A DNA stretch of 11,484 nt from a virus (Duplodnaviria; Heunggongvirae; Uroviricota; Caudoviricetes), in IMG/VR virus record IMGVR_UViG_2778261514_000009; one strand, given 5' to 3'. A model generated the notes under the pieces. The model saw only the letters and a list, made by a program, of their open reading frames with translations, did no database searches and had not been told where the DNA came from. Every line of letters starts with the position of its first letter. Within the stretch, counting starts at the first letter, position 1. Position numbers and translations under genes: made by a program. This document shows, in pieces, positions 7,440 to 11,484 of this stretch.

Positions 7440-7517
7440 CATAATTTGCAACATAACTCAATATCATTGCATAAAATGCAATTCTGATTATAATCAGGAC
7501 TGGATAAACATCCAGTT
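7440..7517 (+). promoter_or_regulatory. Capsid-operon promoter region with three palindromes and a TTGCAT-16-TATAAT promoter
   Basis: TTGCATaaaATGCAA (7467-7481), perfect 14-bp palindrome CTGATTATAATCAG (7484-7497) overlapping the -10 TATAAT (7489-7494), and ACTGGATaaacATCCAGT (7500-7517). Confidence 0.4.
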
Positions 7518-7550
7518 ATGATTTTTTTAGTCGAAGAGGAATTTCTTACT

Positions 7551-7757
7551 ATGGCTGAAGAGAAAAAAGGCGGTGTTTCGGTGTACATAAGCCCCGAAAT
7601 CGTGGAGGTGCTCAAGCAGCGCCACAAAAAAAACTATGAAGCTGGCGTTGCGGCTGGACTGGATCCGCTGATGACGCCGGAGCCGTCGATAGGTTCACTT
7701 GTGCGATCTTATTTACTTGCGGCGCTTGGGATGCACAAAAATTATGGGGGCGAATAA
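7551..7757 (+). CDS. Hypothetical small protein (68 aa) coupled to the major capsid gene
   Basis: ATG 7551 with GAGGAA upstream (the track's 7518 start lacks an SD); its stop overlaps the capsid gene start (TAATG). Confidence 0.5.
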   Translation: MAEEKKGGVSVYISPEIVEVLKQRHKKNYEAGVAAGLDPLMTPEPSIGSLVRSYLLAALGMHKNYGGE

Positions 7758-8812
7758 TGGCAGTCAAAGCAATAGCACTTAACACACACCAGCTTTTCGC
7801 GTACCTGAATCGCGAGGATATTGCGGAATTTAAATTTAGTCCGCTGTTTACCGCGCTGTTTTTCCCGAACGTGGCGACATTCAACACGCAGGACATCATG
7901 TTAGATAACCTGGATATTGAAGAAGTCACTATGTCGGCGTTTTGTTCGCCTATGGTTGGCAGCCAGGTTCAGCGCGATAAAGGGTACGAAACCAGCATTA
8001 TCCGCCCTGGCTACATGAAGCCAAAACACGAAATCGATCCATTAAAAACAATAATGCGCATGGCTGGAGAAGATCCGGCACAGCTTAACGATCCTACCTA
8101 CCGCCGTATGCGCCTGATTACTGGCAACATGCGCCGCCAGATAAATGCCATTAAGGCACGCGTTGAATGGCTGGCGGTGAATGCGGTAACGACCGGAAAA
8201 AACATCATTGAGGGCGAAGGCATAGAACGCTATGAAATCGACTGGAAGATACCGGAAAAAAACATCATAGAGCAGGCCGACGGTAAAAAATGGTCTGAGC
8301 AGGATAAAGACATACACGACCCAATATATGACATTGAACTATACGCAGATCAGGCAGGTTGCCCCGCCAACGTCATGATTATGGGCGTTGATGTATGGCG
8401 CATGTTACGCAGCTTTAAAAAATTCCGTGAACTGTACGATCTCTCCCGTGGTTCAGAATCCGCCGCAGAGCTGGCATGTAAAAACCTGGGCGAAGTGGTG
8501 AGCTTTAAAGGCTATCTTGGTGATCTGGCCCTTATCGTCTATTCCGGCAAATACACTGACAGCGACGGCACAGAAAAATATTTCCTTGAGCCTGATTTGC
8601 TTGTCCTGGGCAACACCAACAATAAAGGGCTGGTGGCCTATGGTGCGATTATGGATCAGGACGCAGTAAGAACGGGGGCAACGCAAAACATGTACTACCC
8701 GAAAAACTGGATTGAGGACGGAGATCCGGCGATTGAGTACGTGCAGACGCACAGCGCACCGCAGCCGGTTCCGGCAGATATTCGCAAATTTGTTACTGTC
8801 AAAATTGCTTAA
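7757..8812 (+). CDS. Major capsid protein, lambda gpE family (351 aa)
   Basis: Alignable along its length with lambda gpE as recalled: FKFSPLF, PGYMKPKHEIDP, EDPAQLNDPTYRRMR, WSEQDKDIHDP..DIELYA, VSFKGYLGDLALIVYSGKY, LVLGNTNNKGLVAYGAIMD, YYPKNWIEDGDPAIEY..HSAP. Confidence 0.9.
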   Translation: MAVKAIALNTHQLFAYLNREDIAEFKFSPLFTALFFPNVATFNTQDIMLDNLDIEEVTMSAFCSPMVGSQVQRDKGYETSIIRPGYMKPKHEIDPLKTIMRMAGEDPAQLNDPTYRRMRLITGNMRRQINAIKARVEWLAVNAVTTGKNIIEGEGIERYEIDWKIPEKNIIEQADGKKWSEQDKDIHDPIYDIELYADQAGCPANVMIMGVDVWRMLRSFKKFRELYDLSRGSESAAELACKNLGEVVSFKGYLGDLALIVYSGKYTDSDGTEKYFLEPDLLVLGNTNNKGLVAYGAIMDQDAVRTGATQNMYYPKNWIEDGDPAIEYVQTHSAPQPVPADIRKFVTVKIA

Positions 8813-8823
8813 CGGGGGATTCT

Positions 8824-9159
8824 ATGGACACTCCATACATTGAGTTATTTGCAGGCAGTCAGCAGGTCGCCACGACGCTGGTACATTTTGCCGCTGATGC
8901 TGGCGTTATTCAGGAATTTACCCCGCTGATGCTGGCGGACAATGGCGAGTTTAAGCCGTGGGATGGTCAGGAATCTGGCAAGGCTGTTTATCTGACTTCG
9001 TATCCTGTGGACACGTCAAAGCAGAAATCAGCACAGTGTTACAAGACGGGGATATTCAATATTGCCGCCGTTAACTGGCCTGAGAGCGTCGACACCGATG
9101 CGAAAAAATGCGCCGCCTTTGCGGGTTCCGGCGTATCCGTTCAGCCGCTGGCCCGATAA
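8824..9159 (+). CDS. Head decoration protein, lambda gpD-like (111 aa)
   Basis: Core matches lambda gpD as recalled (TPLMLADNGEFKPWDG vs TPLMLDTSSRKLVAWDG; CYKTGIFNIAAVNWPE vs FYKSGTFRYEDVLWPE; KKCAAFAGSGVSV vs KKRTAFAGTAISIV); SD GGGGG. Confidence 0.75.
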   Translation: MDTPYIELFAGSQQVATTLVHFAADAGVIQEFTPLMLADNGEFKPWDGQESGKAVYLTSYPVDTSKQKSAQCYKTGIFNIAAVNWPESVDTDAKKCAAFAGSGVSVQPLAR

Positions 9160-9171
9160 GCAGGGGGAACG

Positions 9172-9585
9172 ATGGCAACGAATGAAAGCATCATGACGCT
9201 ACCGCTGGCGAGTAAATTTAAAGCCGAAGCGCGGGCAATGGCTGACAGAGGTTTATCAACCTATGAGGCCGTATATCAACTAAACAAACTGGAAGAGCAG
9301 GACAAGCCGCGCGCTGATGCGATTATGGCGCTTCATGAGCATAAAGACTATCAGCCGCTGTTACGTGCAATGGCAAACGTGCCATGTATTAGCGTCGATA
9401 ATGCTCGTGAAATCCTGAACATGACCATAGAGCAGGAGCGCCCAAAGGTTGCACCAGAGCTTACCGCAGCCTTTGAAAACTTTATGGACATGCACAGCCC
9501 GCAAGCCGTATCAGCTGGCATGGCATACGATGGCAGAAACCAGGGCGATGACGGCGACATCGATCGCATACTGAAAACCATCTGA
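9172..9585 (+). CDS. Hypothetical protein (137 aa), last gene of the capsid operon
   Basis: SD AGGGGGAA 4 nt upstream; followed by a terminator; no family recognised. Confidence 0.5.
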   Translation: MATNESIMTLPLASKFKAEARAMADRGLSTYEAVYQLNKLEEQDKPRADAIMALHEHKDYQPLLRAMANVPCISVDNAREILNMTIEQERPKVAPELTAAFENFMDMHSPQAVSAGMAYDGRNQGDDGDIDRILKTI

Positions 9586-9589
9586 GACA

Positions 9590-9614
9590 AGGCCGGAGAA
9601 ATCCGGCTTTTTTT
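9590..9614 (+). terminator. Rho-independent terminator (GCCGGA-gaaa-TCCGGC plus T7) abutting cosQ
   Basis: Read directly; same hairpin family as the terminators at 6955 and 7319. Confidence 0.6.
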
Positions 9615-9790
9615 ACGGGTCCTTTCCGGCATATGGACCCGTTACGGGGCGGCGACCTCGCGGTTTTTCGCTATTTATGAGCCTTTTCAGGGGGGGGGTG
9701 GTGGTTTTGTTGTTTGCTCTATCTTTATGAATGAAAAGGGAAAGATGCAAACAATACACCAACCTGAAGCAGTAATTAAGTTGGTGTATT
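9615..9790 (+). other. Lambda-type cos site (copy A): cosQ-like ACGGGTCCTTTCCGG, cosN with 12-nt cohesive end GGGCGGCGACCT (9647-9658), then a divergent cosB-like region
   Basis: ACGGGTCCTTTCCGG-N11-GTTACGGGGCGGCGACCTCGCGGTTTTTCGCTATTTATGA matches the phage lambda cos junction as recalled, with the same cosQ-cosN spacing; downstream sequence departs from lambda cosB and carries a G9 run and the inverted repeat ATACACCAAC...GTTGGTGTAT. Confidence 0.7.
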
Positions 9791-9791
9791 A

Positions 9792-10334
9792 ATGAAATCG
9801 CACCTGATGAACAAAAAAAACATGGCGAAAAGCTGCCGTGTAAGTGCGACAGCGTTCGACAAGTGGGGAGTGACTCCCGTTGAACGTAAAGGCCGTGAGG
9901 CGTTTTACGATGTTGCCAGCGTGATAGACAATAGGGTTAACAATGCAATTAGCCAGCTTACAAACGACAAAGGCGATATTGATGATGATGAACTCTTACG
10001 AGTCAGGATCAGATTACTGACAGCACAGGCGGAGGCGCAGGAACTTAAAAACGAGCGCGATCGCGGTGACGTGATTGATACTGAGTTTTGCCTGTACGCG
10101 CTTTCAAAGCTGGCGAGTCAGATTTCATCAATCATGGACAGCCTCCCGCTTACTATGCAAAGGAGCTTCCCACAGATTACCCACGCCATGCTGGATAGGC
10201 TTAAAAGGGAAGTGGTTAAAGCCTGTAATGCCAGTGCCAGAGTTGCCGACAACCTCCCACAGATACTGGCTGATTACTTGAAAGAAACAACCGGAAACGT
10301 ACCGGAAAAGTTGCTACAGAAGAAAGGCGAGTAA
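9792..10334 (+). CDS. terS: Terminase small subunit, lambda Nu1 family (180 aa; start possibly at 9807)
   Basis: C-terminal two-thirds aligns with lambda Nu1 as recalled (RLLTAQAEAQELKNERD / LTRAQADAQELKNARD; FCLYALSKLASQISSIMDSLPL / FCTFVLSRIAGEIASILDGLPL; LKREVVKACN / LKRDIIKAMN); N-terminus NKKN... parallels Nu1 MEVNKKQ... HTH region; lies directly downstream of cos as in lambda. Confidence 0.8.
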   Translation: MKSHLMNKKNMAKSCRVSATAFDKWGVTPVERKGREAFYDVASVIDNRVNNAISQLTNDKGDIDDDELLRVRIRLLTAQAEAQELKNERDRGDVIDTEFCLYALSKLASQISSIMDSLPLTMQRSFPQITHAMLDRLKREVVKACNASARVADNLPQILADYLKETTGNVPEKLLQKKGE

Positions 10335-10339
10335 CAGAC

Positions 10340-10556
10340 GCGCAATTATTGAACAAAACTGAGAAACGACATGAAAGCGTCATAAATCGCCATTTTAGAT
10401 GATTACCGTGTCGTTTCTTTTTATTGTGTATCTATTTAAAAACAAATAGTTATGTTCGAGAAGTACCGACATGCTTTTTCCAGAAAAATTTTCATAAACA
10501 GATAAAAACCGCGAGGTCGCCGCCCCGTAACGGGCCATAATTCCAGGAAGGACCCG
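10340..10556 (-). other. Second, inverted cos module (copy B): cosQ-like, cosN (GGGCGGCGACCT on minus strand at 10514-10525) and a lambda-like cosB with I1-like and R-like elements
   Basis: Reverse complement of 10500-10556 reads CGGGTCCTTCCTGGAATTATGGCCCGTTACGGGGCGGCGACCTCGCGGTTTTTATCTGTTTATGAAAATTTTTCTGG, close to copy A and to the lambda left end; further along, CGAACATAACTATTTGTTTTTAAATA resembles the lambda I1 region; inverted CGTTTCT elements at 10363-10372 and 10409-10418. Confidence 0.6.
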
Positions 10557-10589
10557 ACGACACCAGACTATCAGAGCGATGGGGGCACA

Positions 10590-10877
10590 ATGACAGAAGC
10601 CGAACTACTGGGATTAATCCGCCGCGTTACCGGAATCAGCCAGCAGCATGACGAACAGGCCACGCAGCCGGACAGCGTGACCGCCGAAAATTACGCGCGT
10701 GTGGTTGCTGAGGTGATGCGCCGTGATGGTATCCAGCTTAATGATGTGGATATGCGCAACATAGGATCCGCGTTCTTGAAATGCTGGCCTACAATCGCCG
10801 CGTGGCACTGTATCGGGAAACGGAGAAAATTACGTACCACTGGAAGAAGCCGGAGCGGTTACGGCGTTAACGAGTAG
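10590..10877 (+). CDS. Hypothetical protein (95 aa), weakly supported
   Basis: ORF with a G-rich SD-like sequence upstream; no family recognised; could be non-coding. Confidence 0.3.
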   Translation: MTEAELLGLIRRVTGISQQHDEQATQPDSVTAENYARVVAEVMRRDGIQLNDVDMRNIGSAFLKCWPTIAAWHCIGKRRKLRTTGRSRSGYGVNE

Positions 10878-10886
10878 CGACATACC

Positions 10887-10921
10887 GTGACGGAGAGTGA
10901 CAACCAGTGACACGCCGTGAC
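10887..10921. repeat. Four GTGAC motifs at exact 10-bp phasing; candidate arm-type recombinase or RDF binding sites near the island right end
   Basis: cGTGACggag aGTGACaacc aGTGACacgc cGTGACaaaa; followed by GGTCAT direct and inverted repeats (11013-11041) and a GGTGTAGTCA direct repeat (about 11240-11261). Confidence 0.35.
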
Positions 10922-11325
10922 AAAAGACGGTTTAACCGTTAATTAAAAATTGACGGGATTTTGTGCTTTCCGGACGACGTGACCAACGTCATTTTTTAGC
11001 GAAAAGTTCTGATTAAGGTCATTGTCTGAATGGTCATAATGACCACTCCTACAAAACAGGTAAAGCCCACCAGCCTGATTAACAGTTAACCGGAAAAAAA
11101 TCCGGTAGCCCCGTTATGGGGATCCCCATATCAACATTAACGCCCCTCATGAATTAGCGCGCTTCCCCCTGGAAAGATGACCCGCCTGTATATTTCTTGT
11201 GTCTATTTGTTCCACGTTGTTTCATACAGTGCACCGAACGGTGTAGTCACTGGTGTAGTCATTTTGCGATTTATGGCACTTTTTGTAGTGAAAATTATTT
11301 AATTAAATCAATGCGTTAAGTGAAA

Positions 11326-11472
11326 TTAGTTATATATAACAGCAATAAATAATGCGAGAATAAACGGCACGATGATCTCGGCGGCAAAACGGATACCGCA
11401 GAGAATAATGACCAGCATTCCCAACATAATGACGATTTTTAGGCCATTGAGCGTGATGATCGGCTTTGCCAT
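11326..11472 (-). pseudogene. Truncated 5' fragment of a host inner-membrane protein gene (N-terminus resembles TqsA/YdgG), ending in an island-derived stop; marks the probable right junction of the island
   Basis: Minus-strand translation from the window end: [52 protein letters not shown]; hydrophobic TM-like N-terminus matching my recollection of TqsA up to ...ALFIAV, then divergence and stop; flanking sequence is AT-rich and repeat-rich. Confidence 0.45.
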
Positions 11473-11484
11473 GCTTGTCCCCAT

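Noticed and set aside
7484-7497. LexA (SOS) box at the capsid-operon promoter
   Set aside because: The palindrome is CTGATTATAATCAG; the LexA consensus requires CTGT-N8-ACAG, and the half-sites here are CTGA/TCAG.
9792-10334. Possibility that the Nu1-like gene is a helper prophage remnant rather than a satellite gene
   Set aside because: It is flanked on both sides by cos-type sequences, is not followed by a large terminase (gpA) gene, and is clearly diverged from lambda Nu1 while the adjacent cosN is conserved; this fits a satellite-adapted gene better than a lambda remnant.
10614-10808. 64-aa minus-strand ORF
   Set aside because: Overlaps the weakly supported plus-strand ORF 10590..10877 and has no SD; neither frame is compelling, and the plus-strand one was kept only at low confidence.

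Overview
Almost the whole window (1 to about 11335) reads as one integrated phage satellite of the PICI type, in an enterobacterial (E. coli-like) context. Gene order left to right: P4-type tyrosine integrase; AlpA-family regulator; a divergent control region with a minus-strand ribbon-helix-helix (RHH) gene pair; a plus-strand operon of five small overlapping unknown ORFs ending in a 584-aa primase/helicase; an iteron-type replication origin; an unknown ORF, an SSB homologue and a PerC-like activator; an orphan 74-aa ORF; a capsid module with lambda gpE-like major capsid protein and gpD-like decoration protein plus two unknowns; a lambda-type cos site; a Nu1-like small terminase gene; a second, inverted cos-like module; and an AT-rich right end with phased repeats abutting a truncated host membrane-protein gene. 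No portal, protease or large terminase is present, so the element should depend on a lambdoid cos helper phage. The most unusual features are the satellite-borne lambda-like capsid and decoration genes and the two inverted cosQ-cosN modules flanking terS. All homology calls are from reading the translations against remembered family sequences; no database search was run.
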